Position numbers and translations under genes: made by a program
Part shown: positions 14,916 to 28,170 of the stretch, piece by piece
Position numbering within the stretch: the first letter of the stretch is position 1
Layout: each line of letters starts with the position of its first letter
Assembly: GCA_964016885.1 (NCBI GenBank)
Contig: OZ024740.1
Span: forward strand, 346,952,001-347,016,000
Source: Eledone cirrhosa
Taxonomy: Eukaryota
Length of the DNA: 64,000 nt
Direction: 5' to 3'
The notes under the pieces: model-generated
What the model saw: only the letters and a program-made list of their open reading frames with translations
What the model was told of the DNA's origin: nothing
Database searches by the model: none

Positions 14916-16225
14916 ATGGCAGGAGATTATTGTTGTTAGATATAGAGAGGTGGGTAACGAGAGCGTGTCATGTGGTTGATATTGGGAGGGGGAGAGTTTA
15001 ATGGTAATGAATAGGATGAGGGGGATTACAAGAGAGTGCCGTGTGGTAGATATAGAGAGGGCTGTTGGGAGAGAGAGAGAGGTGTAGATAGATAGAGGGG
15101 GAAAGGTCTCTGGTAGTAGATACAGAGAGGAGTGTTCGGAGCGATGTGTGTATGGCAGATATAGAGAGGGGGAGAGTTTTGTAGTTAGGGTTATAGAGAG
15201 GAAGATAATTAGCGAGTGCCGTGTGGTAGATAGAGAGAGGAGGAAAGAACACTGGTAGTAGATATAGAGAAGGGTGTTGAGAAAGATAGGTTTATGGTAA
15301 ATATAGATATGGGGAGAGTTTAGTGGTAATGGATATAGAGAACGGTGCTGTGAGTGATAGTGTCGTAAATATAGAGGTGGGGAGAAATTATTGATGTTAG
15401 ATATAGAAGGGGCGATATTGAGCGAGTACCCTGTGATTCATATACAGAGAGCGAGAGTTTAGAGGTAATGAATAGAGTGTGGGGGGAGGGATAAGAAGAG
15501 AGTTGCCGGTGTTAGATATAGAGAGGGAAAGAGTTTATGGTATTAGATACAGAGAAGGTTGTTGGGACAGGGTTTCATACGATAGATATAGAGAGGGGAA
15601 GAGATTGCTGGTAGTAATTATAGAGAGTGGTGTTGGGTGAGTGTGTTGTACACTCGATATAGAGAGAGGGATAATTTAGTGGTTGTGGATATAAAGAGAA
15701 AAATGATGAGAGAGTGTCATGTGGTAGATTGAGAGGCGGAGAGATTGATGGTAGTAGATATAGCGAGGGGTATTGGAGAGAAAAGTGTATGGTTGATATA
15801 GAGAGGGGGGGGAGTTCAGTGGTAATGGGTATAGAGAAGGTTGATGGGAGAGATAGTGTCGTAATAGATATAGAGAGGAGTAGATTTTAGTGGTTATGGT
15901 TATAGAGAGTAGGATAATTTTGTGGTTACGGATATAGAGAGTGAGAAACTGAGAGTGCCGTGTGGTAGACAAAGAGAGTGGGAGTGATTACTGGTAGTAG
16001 ATATAGAGAGAGGTGTTGGGAGAGATAGGTGTAGATAGAAAGATAGAAGGTAGATGTTGCTGGTAGTAGATATAGAGAGGGGTGCTGGGAGAGCTAGTGT
16101 CGTAAAAGAGAAAGAGTGTTTGGTGGGTATAGATACAGAGAAGATGATTGGTGTAGATAGATAGAGGGTGAGAGACTGGTGTTAATTGAAAGATTGAGGG
16201 ATGTTGGGAGACAATGTTGTATTTT
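14915..16225. repeat. Degenerate purine-rich minisatellite with a gtagatatagagagg core, about 30/60-bp period
   Basis: Dozens of recurrences of (g)atatagagag(g) over 1.3 kb, lying between the two Helitron ends. Confidence 0.8.
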
Positions 16226-16230
16226 GTAGA

Positions 16231-16340
16231 CTAGCTGACATACCTAGCTTCACCCGGGTAAACATGATAAAAGAAAAGAGGTACAAGAGAAAATGACTGT
16301 ATTAGATGGTTGTCTGTTTTACAGCATGAGGCGATACCAT

Positions 16341-16405
<65 letters not shown>

Positions 16406-16710
16406 CCAAAAATAAATAGTAGAAAATCTTTCAAATACACCAGGTTCTTCGTTTTACTGTTCGTATGAAGATTTCTAGGTGTTTCCACTCGTGAAAAAAC
16501 TACATATGACTGTCCATGATTAAAAAGCGATTCTCTAGTATTCACTCCTACAACTTAGAAACTCTGAGCTGAGCTTTTTTTATGGTCATTTCAAAACTGG
16601 CTCTAACAGGGAACTGGAGACTTCAGTATTTCAAAGGCAACTCGGTTGAGGAATGGATAAGTGTATTCTTGGGATAAATGCAATTTCTCTTTGATGAATT
16701 CCTCCACGAA
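16231..16710 (-). mobile_element. Helitron 3' end with PIF1 helicase C-terminus (copy 2)
   Basis: Minus strand reads LQFPVRASFEMTIKKAQ...VVGVNTRESLFNHGQSYVVFSRV (cf. QFPxRLxFAMTINKSQG...FSHGQLYVAxSRV). Ends with a subterminal hairpin-like cccgggtgaagctaggt and CTAG|T at 16231. Confidence 0.85.
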
Positions 16711-16899
16711 TAGTGATGGTACATCTTCCGCAGTTAGGTTGGTTAGTATACCCAGGGTCTTTTTCTTCTTTCGTGTTGGATAATTAGTACTAATAAACCT
16801 TCCTGGGTATACCCTTATTCCATTGCTGGACTTATTTTCGATTGTGACTTTTCGTTTTTCTGTGATGCGCGAAGAAATGTTATGTATAGATTATCAGTG

Positions 16900-17075
16900 G
16901 AAAATACAATTATTGAAAAAAATCAGAAAGGCAACCGCATCAGTAAACTCAGGTAAAGCACCAGGGTTAAATGTGATTCCAGTCGAGATATTGAAAGCTA
17001 AAAGTGTTCACATGTCATCGGCTATCCATACATTTTTCATATGTTGAGAAGTGGTACCAATACCTCAAGACCGGG
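16900..17075 (+). mobile_element. Short RTE-type LINE reverse transcriptase fragment
   Basis: IRKATASVNSGKAPGLNVIPVEILK matches the KAPGxDGIPxEILK motif at the start of LINE RT domains. Confidence 0.7.
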
Positions 17076-17131
17076 ATGATATATTTATTAGGTATTTTCT
17101 TAAATTCATTTAAAACGAAATGCGTGTATAT

Positions 17132-17231
<100 letters not shown>

Positions 17232-19385
17232 TGTGTGTCTGTGCATGTGTGTAAATTCATATATATGAGTATATACATATATATGTACATATAATTGTGT
17301 GTCAATCTATTTTGTTAGAGAATTCGCTAGGTTATCATTTGATTGTAAGTCAAATCCCAGCACCTGTCATCTTAGACATATGTCCATTACCCCATCCTCC
17401 GGTTGACCCATGCTTTTTATTTGAGACTGGGTAAACTGAATGTATTTGAAAGACCGTCGGATGGTCTGCACCTCTATTTGAAGGGTTTACCTTTGTGACA
17501 ATGTGTTACGCTGTATCTCCCTGTGAGATATGTTAATGGTACACGTATATTTAAAATCTTCAGTCCCTTATTCGTAAATTGTATGTGCATGTTGTTCACT
17601 TCATTGAAGAATTCGATCACTCATCAACGAAACCGGCGTGGTTGCACACGCTTGTGTGCCGCTCTGCATGCAAATGTGTATGTATATATTATGTACTGGT
17701 TTGGGCTATGTGTATGTTATTTGTATGTTAACTTACACTCAACAGAATGTAGCAAAGCGCGTGAATAATAATATAAGATAAAGTTACCAAAAAAGCATAA
17801 GAATTACAAGATTCAATCTCAAATTATAAATAATAACGTCATATAAATGCCTTTGGAGACGGTGTCTAAATAACTGGAAACGTTTCCGTATTAAATACAA
17901 TATGCTGGTAATAGCGAACTGATCACTATCATCAAGTAGTGAGTAGAACAGTAAACCAAGTGTGATGTATAGATGCGGATTGTGAATTGAAACGAAGTCT
18001 TATATGTCACCCAATCACTATGATGTGTCACAAGCGTCCTACTCTAATCAGTTTAGGACGAATTAGATAGTATAAACATGAGTAGAAAACAAGGCAAATA
18101 TCACGAAATCAATAAGGCATCCTCATGAAACGAACTCAAATTTCACGTTTCAGCTTATTATCAATAATCGCATTACTGTACACCCTGGACGATATCTAGA
18201 CGTAAAATGCCTTTCTCATCAACACACAGGCTGTTTCCAATTTTTCTTTCCGCCGCACCCCTCCTCACTGTTAGCAGTTCTTCATGTCAAAAATCAGCAC
18301 CTCTCTTTCTTCACTACTTCTACTTCTATTAATTCCTCTCTTTCAATATTGATTCACTTTCTCTCACTTTCTCGTTTTTGCTCACTCTCTCTTATTGCAT
18401 TTTGTTTATTTAATAAGCCATTTGCTATTATTTTTTATTTCTCATTACTTTTCTTTCTTATTTTCCTTCCTAACGTTTTCCTCAACAATCTTTCTGTTTC
18501 TTTTTTTTTCTCTCTACCTTTTAACATTTAATTCGTCTGTCTCATTTTTTTCATCATTCTATATCTTTTTTCATTCTTTTTTCTTTTTTTCTCCTCATGA
18601 ATTTTTGTTTTGAAACAACGTTTTGTCCTTCTCCTTTTCGTTTCTTCTCTGTTATTCTTTTCTATTTCCTTCTTAATCTTTTATTTATTACATTCTTTCT
18701 TTTTACTCCCACGTCTGTGTTCGTTTTCAGCTCCAGCAAGTTATATTTCCTGTGTGAAATATATAGTTATAGAAATACCAATAAAACACTGAATATTTAT
18801 CTAGTTTTGTACGAATTATTTTTTATCAATGGTTTGCGGAGAAAATATACCTTCATCTTGCTTTCTTGTACTTTACATTTCTGGAAAAATATCCGAGAAA
18901 TAAATCTGCCATCCCTCACTTAACGAGAAAACAAATTCATAAAAAATAACATACAGATATAGGCATAACACAAGAAAAGAGATATATTCCAACAACGATT
19001 AAATTTACAATATTATCTTTTACTGACTCCCAACATCAACCGATACACCAGTCTATGAAGCAACTACCCAAAGCAATTATCTAACTTTTATAATGGGACT
19101 TTACTGCTTTTGTTTTTATACTCAAGATGATGTTTAAAACGCATTCAATACTATTTTCCCAACTTCTTAATTTACGCTAGAAATGACCGGGATAATGTGT
19201 CGTGGTAAAAATCAATTTGATAAAGGTTGGAAACCCGTAAACAACGTTCTAATGCATTGTGCATTTCGAATTTTCTTTTCTTGTTTCTGTGTTCAAATCC
19301 CACTATATTAGTATTAATGCTTCGAAATGTTACCATTTACTATATATATATATATATATATATGTGAGATGTGTGTATATATATA

Positions 19386-20071
19386 TAAGAGTCGAAGTTA
19401 GTAAAATCGAAGTTGCGGCGGTCGGCCAGCATCCACGAAGAAAAATAGATTCGGGGCTTGCACGAAGCACTCGATAAGAAGATATTGATAAATCGATAAG
19501 TTAGATCTTAGAGTAATGAAGATACGTTAAATAGCGTGAAAACTGTGGTTAAGGGGACAATGCCACAGAAGCCACCAAAACAACGAAATACAATCAGTTT
19601 AAATAACAAACCTGGACTGTATCGAAGGATATTATACAATATCCTCGATTGGTTTCTGTGAACTCAAAATCAACAATCCGAATGGCGCAATATGCAAGTT
19701 TGTGGCATTTGTAGACCGAAACGCGGACTGACGTTATCAACAGATTTCCGTTTCGTGCCACTCGGTGTGAGCCGTCGCCATACGTGACTGTAGTAGCGCA
19801 CACTGCGACGCTGTTATGTGTTCATTCTCCAGCAGAAGAATGAACCGATCCGGGTTTTTGGCGGGCAAATTCAAAGTGTGAACAAAGGAATTGATTCCGT
19901 TCAACAAACCAAACTATGAAGCTCTCAATTAGGTTATTAAATAAACACAAATAATTAATCAATCAATAATATCATCTAATCAAATTAATTAATTATTTAT
20001 TAAAGCTAGGAGAGAATGATAAGAGTAGAAGTTAGTAAAATCGAAGTTGCGGCAGTCGGCCAGCATCCACG
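19386..20071. repeat. 634-bp segment bounded by 52-bp direct repeats
   Basis: taagagt(c/a)gaagttagtaaaatcgaagttgcggc(g/a)gtcggccagcatccacg at 19386-19437 and 20020-20071, with 2 mismatches. Confidence 0.85.
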
Positions 20072-20947
20072 TAAAAACAATATATATATATTAGTGAATG
20101 TAGAAGAAACATCGAGCTCGGCAGTTTCATCTAGTTACTGCTTCAGAAGTTCAGAAAAGGTGACTAACTGAAATGGTCTAGCGCGTCCAGTCAGAAGCAA
20201 CCGTTTCCAATTGATCCTGAGGGATCCCCAATTGAGACCAGTGGAGAAGCAGCGACTCTACATGGAGTGACTCACTGAACTCCGATCTACGCATCTATTG
20301 GGTTCCGTTACTCTTAAGACACGCTTGACGAACCATTTCCGATATCTTGTACTTGCGATCGTGGTATTTTGAAACATTACTGTATCAGCTCCTATAATTT
20401 ATATTACATTCAACTATGTTGATGTGATATACGCCTGATTAATATAATTACATATTCTTACAATAATTGTATTTGAACCAAGAAAACAAAAATTGATATT
20501 GGTTATTTGATGTAACTAACTCCCCATCTAACTAAATACTTCAAACGTAAATCCATGATACACTTTGTGTAATAAAATACGGATGGCTTTGGCTGGAATG
20601 CCTTCACACCTAGGTATACACTATCACTAGTACAACCACCATCAGCAACACAATGATTATTTCATATAACTAATGCAATTTAGACTTATGTGGTATATCC
20701 TACTCCAAGCGGGAAATATGTAGGGAATTGAACTCAAGAACATAATTTTCTGAAATGTTTCTTTGTATTACTGTACTAAGATTGATTTAAAATTATATTT
20801 CGATCTCTCTTTTTGAATCTATTATACATTTTTACTTACAGGTCCCAATAAAATGTGGCAATTTAGAACGGTGAGCACTTTTGAATGATTATATAATTAT
20901 TTTCCAGTGACACCCACCACCAACCAGAGATTACTTAATTTCAAATG

Positions 20948-21048
20948 AAAGGTACACTTCAGATAATTATCTGAAGTGTACCTTTGACTGGAGCAAACGT
21001 CTGCGTGTAGAATTATAATTCGAGAGGCAGACGTTTGCTCCAGTCAAA
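20948..21048. repeat. Two abutting perfect hairpins
   Basis: Perfect 38-bp palindrome at 20948-20985. Perfect 22-bp inverted repeat at 20983-21004 / 21027-21048. Confidence 0.9.
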
Positions 21049-22985
21049 TGCATATGGTATTCTAGGAAGCCTTTTATATAGTTCTTACTTCGCAATGAGC
21101 CAATGATATAACCTAGATATTGCAACACGAAGTACTAAAAATACCAGGCATATCGCCTTCATAGCATACTAAATTATTTCATAGGGAAGAAGGATACTTT
21201 GAATAATGTATTCCTTCATAGAATATATAAGAAAGTACGAGATCATTGTAAGGGAAAATTCATTGCTCATACTTATGCTCCATAGGCGTTGATCTGAACC
21301 CAAACAATAACAAACCCTCTTCTATCCTAGTTCAAAGTCGTCATATGCCTTTTCCATCTTCTCTCGGTTTTTCACTTTGGCATTTTAAAATAAATCACTG
21401 TATATCAGATAAATGAGTTTCGAAAATAATGCATTATTTTTTAATTAGTTCTTTTTTTTAATTGGCCTTTGTATTTTATCAAAGAATTCAATTTTGCTTA
21501 CATTGTAAAATTATAAACAAGGAAATTTTAACGAGATAAAAATTAGTCAAACATAAAAACATTAAAAAGGAAAAAAAAATAGTATTTCTTTGTAATTTAG
21601 TTCAAATCTGTTGCTTCTATGTTGAAAGGCTGTTAGAATATAATCGAAACAAGGATTTGTTGCATGCAAATTTTCATCTGGCTTTGTGGTGTGATATATT
21701 GATCGCTTTACTCTGAGTGATTATGCTTTTTAATACATTTTCCTAATATAAAAGTAAATTACAACATTCGCTTGAAAAGGCTCAACATTAACAGTTTAAG
21801 TATCAGTTTCATTCTTTACAGTTTCTCTCTCAATCGCTCTCTTTTCATATCTATGTCTACCTACCGATCTTTCTTTCTCTCTCACCCCTCTCCTTTTATA
21901 TATATATATATATATATATAAAAGGATGTGTGTGTGCTACTTTGAGTATGATGAAGTAAATTTACTTTGAGTATTCAATCTAAAGTTTTGATGTTTGGAA
22001 ATATCGTGACGAGAACAAAGTTCGGGTTGTGAAATACTAGTTTTTACAAATTTTTTACTTCTCTCTTTTATTTTATTGTTTTAATGTTTTCGCTGTACGT
22101 GCTTAGTTACGATTGTTGTTATCGTTATTGTTGATATGGCTGAGGAATTTAATAACAATTATTAGCGGTTAGTATTCTTGAAGTATTGGACAAAATGCCT
22201 TTAGAAATTAGATTTCTCACCTTCTTATTTCAAACACCATTGAATTGCAGGTGGGTGGTAGGGCAGTAATTTGAAATCGGTTTTACTTTTGGTTTACTAT
22301 TCATTATCTATGTTGTACACTATACATTAATATTTTATGATTTATAGCTTATACAAGATTTAAGCAATACGAGCATAACAACTAGAATTTATCATTTGGG
22401 CGAAATCAGAAATGAAGTAATACATAGATGAAGAGGTAATTTAAACCCAGCTCTAGGCTAAAACCATGAATAACCATGAGAAAACAATTTCAGATTAATT
22501 TGAAAAGTTTGGTGCAGGCCAAATTATTTGCACACTTTTAAGATGTGAATCTGAGGCTCACTAGAGAAGGTATTACTTGTTTGACAACAATCTCAGTAGT
22601 ATGCGAGCTGGTCTTAAGGGGACAATACTCTGGATGGTTTAGATGTTGATGTGACATGAGATTCAGATGGTGAACTTTTCCATTTATTATATATGGATCC
22701 TAGATCTCTATTAGCCACTGAGAGTATTATCTGTTTTCATATCTCATATCCTGTTAATTTCGGTCACATATTCTATATCATTAACCGGATTTTAGGAGGA
22801 ATTACTATGTCGCTAAGTATATACCTCTTATGTTTTTTAACTAAATAAAATTGCCAGAGCTTTACCATTTTATTAGTGTGTGACATGTCCACAGTATGAC
22901 AAAAGAAAACTATTTGAGACTAGTAAAATAATATATTTAGAAAAACAGACACATTCACATGCACTTGTATATATATGGGCTGAGT

Positions 22986-23091
<106 letters not shown>

Positions 23092-23414
23092 TATATATAT
23101 ATATATATAATTATATATATATATCAGCATTTGTCCTTCCTATTCTTTGTTCGGTTTAATCTGCTTCCCTAAGTCTAAACATAGAAGATTAAATTAAATT
23201 TTGAAAATATTTTCTAAAGAAAAATGTAACGTTTGCCTACATAGATATTTTTTTCTTACATGTAATTATAGTGCACATTCTGCTAAATCTTAATATTGCA
23301 CTTTCGCATTTGGGGAAACTAGAAGGACATGCTGTATAACACCAATTATTATGCGGTCATATTAGATGTCAGCAATCTTCAAAATGAATTATTGCTTTCA
23401 GACTTAATAAAGCT

Positions 23415-23448
<34 letters not shown>

Positions 23449-23648
23449 GCAGGCACATGTATGCTTAAGCATACACATGATGGAGAGACAGAATAAAATT
23501 TACTTGAATGAAGCAGTTCACACAAACGATAGAACGTCAAATCTAAGCTGGGATACAAATGTTTGAGACAAAAAATCATACATCAATACCGTAAACTCTC
23601 CCACAACCGCACTTCGCTGTACCATGCTAGGATGGCACTGAAAATAAT

Positions 23649-23835
23649 TGTTTCTACTTTTGGCACAAGGCCAGTAATCACCCAGTACATTACTGGTACT
23701 TTATTTTATCGACCCCGTAAGGATGAAAGGCAAAGTTAACCTCGGCGGGATTTGAACTCAGATCGTAAAGAGACGTAACTATGCTGCAAAGCATGGCGTC
23801 CGACTCTCTACCGATACTGCCAATTCACCGCCCCT
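23649..23835 (-). mobile_element. tRNA-derived SINE S1, full length, with 16-bp TSD
   Basis: TSD tggcactgaaaataat at 23633-23648 and 23836-23851. B box GAGTTCAAATCCC on the minus strand. Confidence 0.9.
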
Positions 23836-25313
23836 TGGCACTGAAAATAATATTGTTCATAGTGTATTTACCTTAACAATACGAATAAACAAGAGTATCT
23901 CTGCCGGTGCCATCTAATGTGTTGACGTAGTCTTTCACAAAGTTCTGTTTCATTTCTGTCGGTTTTCTTACATTCTAATTGATTTTTGATAATGTTTTTA
24001 TATTTGTTGTTCCCTGAAGCTAAGCCATAAGGTACATTAATATGATAAAACGAATGGATTTTAAACTCTAAAATAAATACGTCTGTACCCTTAAATTTAA
24101 GGAAAACAAATTGTACTGGATCTTTTAATTTAAACGTTGAGATATTTCTTTCTTTCGGGTTCCTTCCTTCAGGTCAAATAGTGATAAATATTTCTATTAA
24201 TTGGTTTAGGTAGATATTTATATCATAGTTAAAGGAGAACAAGCCTTATGCTTGAATAAATATGGTTAAATATAAATATCGAATTGAACTATTGATCGAA
24301 CTTTTAGGGCTTGCATTTAACATATGTTTGGGACGAAGTGACGTGAAGAAATATACATGAATGGCATGATAAAATGTATAGAGTTTTGCATGTGAAACAG
24401 TATTTATGATTTCTAAAAAACAACTACTAATGTCATAAACATCTCCTCTTAACTCCTTTCAAACTAACTTCTGTCTGTAATGCGTATTGTATTGGTAAGA
24501 ATTGCATATTGTGTTTGTTATCTCATCTCACTTTATAGAAAATTGCTTGGGTACGAGATGAAATATCTCCTGTAATTTTAGGAAGGAAATATTTTTTAAT
24601 CTCTACAATAGCAATGTACATAATCCATTAAATTATATTTATTATAACTTTTTGAACGAATTATGATATTGAATATATGATTAGATGTATTTTCGCCAAG
24701 ATTTTACATAAATCTAGATAATGTAGAATATTACAGAAATTTTTACACAATAAAACTAAATAGATGAAGGATCATAATACTTATTTGGTCTGTAATATAG
24801 ATTCGGTTAATAATTTTCTAATTTGTATTTTTGTCGCTATCATACCAGTATTTCAAGGATAAGACATAATTTATGCTGTTGTATTTAGAGACAACTCCAA
24901 CGGCAATAGGGAAAGGTGCTTGTTAACCATTCACATTGATAAATACTTCCAAAATATGTCGTTATTCAAGTATAAAATCCATATCAAGCTGTGGACTTTA
25001 CTTCCGAAACATTTAACCCCAGTAATGCATTCTCACGAAAGAAATGTTATCTTAGACAATGGTAGCTAGTTGTACATGCAAGAACAAAATTAATTATTAA
25101 CATAAACGTATTTACAACTTTGGCCCGGACCTATATTATAATGGTAAACTTTATCTTTTTTTACTTACTGTGAAAACAGTGTCAACACGTGATTTATTCA
25201 TAACTGAACATATTGTATCCAGAAAAAGTTAGTTCTGTCATATGTGAAATCATTCAGTAAATCAATATGAGATATCGAGGCAAATTTACCGCAATTATAT
25301 CTCATATACCATA

Positions 25314-25410
25314 ATAGTTGTTTCTACTTTTGGCACAAGGCCAGCAATTAATCCAGTGTATTACTGGAACTTTATTTTATCGAGCCCGTAAAGATGAAAG
25401 GCAGAGTTAA
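25314..25410 (-). mobile_element. 5'-truncated SINE S1
   Basis: Matches the 3' half of S1 (ttgtttctacttttggcacaaggccagcaatt...gatgaaaggca). Confidence 0.8.
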
Positions 25411-27544
25411 TGTTGTTACATTATGTGTATGAAGATAAATATTTCTGATTAAAACATAACAGACTAAGATTCTGAAATGATATGTATAAGGTATCATTGA
25501 AACTTTCTATTTCACGTGTTGTTCGAAATGGAAGACAAAAATGAGATTTCGTTTAATCAGAAACATTGGTGGCTCTCACTAAAGATAATGAACTGTGTAA
25601 TATATTCTTGTCTTCAATCCGTAAAGCAAGGTTAGATCTGTGGATATACTCATGCATTGACGTATTTTCTTTCTCAGTAAGGACAAAATCGTTTCCCTTG
25701 AGATTAAAATCATTTGCAGAACGATGGTTCAACATAAATACCGCAATATCACCGTCATTAGTTTGTTGTCGCCTTTGGAGATAGAAACAGTCTAGCATTA
25801 TCCACTTTCACAATCATCACAATTGTCATCCTCGTGATCATCCACATATTTTCTACTGTCATTGTCATTGCTGGTAATGTTGTTCGTCACTACTGACATA
25901 CACGATGCCACCTTTTTCATGCAACAACAGCAACACTACAGGAAAACTCATTACAGATATCGCTCTAGCTGACACAAAGAACACAATTAAAAGCAAGTGA
26001 AAATTACTCAAGTCCCTATTGAAAAATGTCACTAGATCCGAAATAATTTCTTTCTAACTTTTCGAACCAACGAAATAGATACAGTAATCAGAAAATCCTG
26101 ATTGTTCTCAGCTTGCTTGCTCATCTTGATGCATTCTTTTTCCTCGAAACACTATTGTTGCCTAAAAGAAACCAATCGTTTTCACTGCTTTGTCGCTTAA
26201 TTTGAAATCAATTTTCGCCATGCAGTAAGAGGATGACTCTGGGGCGGTTTACGCATAACACTGCCAAATAAGCCCTACGGCTTCGGCATCTCCAGATAGC
26301 GTGAAAACAGTTAAATTCTCTAACAGTATACGTTTTAGCTGGTGTATGCCTGCGAGTGTTGTATGGCAGTCGTCATTCAAGTCCTTGTTGTAAGTGAATC
26401 TGGAAATAGAAAAGCAAGAGAGCGAAAGGGAACGAAAAGGAGTAACAGAATGACAAGAAAAAAGAATAAGAGTAAAAAAGGTGGGGAGGATAGTAAAAAT
26501 GAGAAAAATAGAGATAAAGTGAATAAGAGACAGTGAGAGAGTAAGGGAGAGAAATGAGACAAAATGAACGATATATATAGGAAATAAGAAAAAGGAGAAG
26601 GTTTGGCAAGAAAAATAAAATAAATAAATTATAAAAAGAAAGCAAGAATAAAAGATAGAGAGAGAAAATGTGTTTGTTAGATAGGATGATGACACAACAT
26701 AAAGTGAGTGTGGTGGAAAAGAATACATTGTAGGTGGGATAGTAAATGGAATGGGAGCTGCTAAGCAATCAGCAACTGATTAGGCAAGAAAATGAGAGAC
26801 ACTTCGATAATAAATGGATGCTAGATATTTATTTCAGTTTCATTTCGTGCAATTATTTAAACAAAATAAGGTCGTTTGGATATGGAAAATAGAATAAAGA
26901 AGGAAAAAATATATATGAAGCAAACAAAAACCCGTCAGCTGTTTGACTTAGAAGAACTATAAGAAGAAAATTCAAGTTCGGAAATCTACTGGTTGATGTG
27001 GTGGTGGTGGTGGTGGTGGTGGTGGTGGTTTTTGTGAGGAGATTCGTGATGAACTGTAGTAGTGGCGTTGGTGAAGTTGTCTGTGGCGGTGGTGCTGGCG
27101 ATGTCGTTGGTGGTGGGTGTGGTTATGATAATGACGATGGTAATGATGATGATGATGATGAGGGTGATGGAAATGTATGGTGAGGACAGACACGTGAAAA
27201 ATAAACTCTATTTCGTAATGGCGAAATAAAGGGCTGTGTTCATAAAGATGACTATTGTGGTCAAGCGGTAGTGTACAGGTGGTGTTAAGGAAGATATATG
27301 GCGGCAGCGACGTCGCTGTTTTATATATGTTGCAGATACATAGTTGTACATAGTGTTTTATATCAGAACATTGATGTAGATAAATAAAGTGACACCCATC
27401 TTTCTCTTGTATTGAATTTATGTTATGTTATGTATATATACAAGTGTATGAGATTGTAAATTCACATACTTACGCGTGCGGGAACATATATATGTATATA
27501 TGTATGCATATATGTATGTATATATATATATATATACATTATTT

Positions 27545-28005
27545 TTCGCCCTACAACAGCTGATACATAAATGTAAGTATGCACATGTACACACACACAC
27601 ACACACACACATATATACATACATACACACACACACACTCACACACACACACACACATATATATATACATATACCCACATGTGGACATATGGGTTATATC
27701 AAACACTAATAATAATGTTCGATTCATTTATAAACTCCCGGCACGGCCCTATTTGAAGTTGTACCGTGCCGGTTATCGATCATCCCCTCTATGTTCAACA
27801 CTGAATTTGAGGAACAATCAACATGTTTCTGTCATTACCCTTCATCAGAACTGCATACCTCTGCCAGTCTGTTTAACAGTTACACATCGGCTGAGTAGCC
27901 TCATTTGCATACCGAGCGAGTTACGGCTGGCCTATTACAGATAAATACTGAATTCGCCGTATAGCAGCTGATGCATAAATGTAAGTATGCACACGTACAC
28001 ATACG
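27545..28005 (-). mobile_element. HHR repeat family A, diverged copy (about 408-bp unit plus partial repeat), degenerate HHR at 27809-27861
   Basis: cagctgat..cataaatgtaagtatgcac repeats at 27557 and 27965. Minus strand reads cagtt-CTGATGA-agggtaatgaca-GAAA-catg-tt-gattg (stem II damaged). Homologous to 36318-36510 and 42283-42735. Confidence 0.7.
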
Positions 28006-28006
28006 T

Positions 28007-28165
<159 letters not shown>

Positions 28166-28170
28166 TATAT

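Noticed and set aside
26972-27193. His/Pro-rich ORF
   Set aside because: It derives from (GGT)n/(GAT)n trinucleotide repeats.
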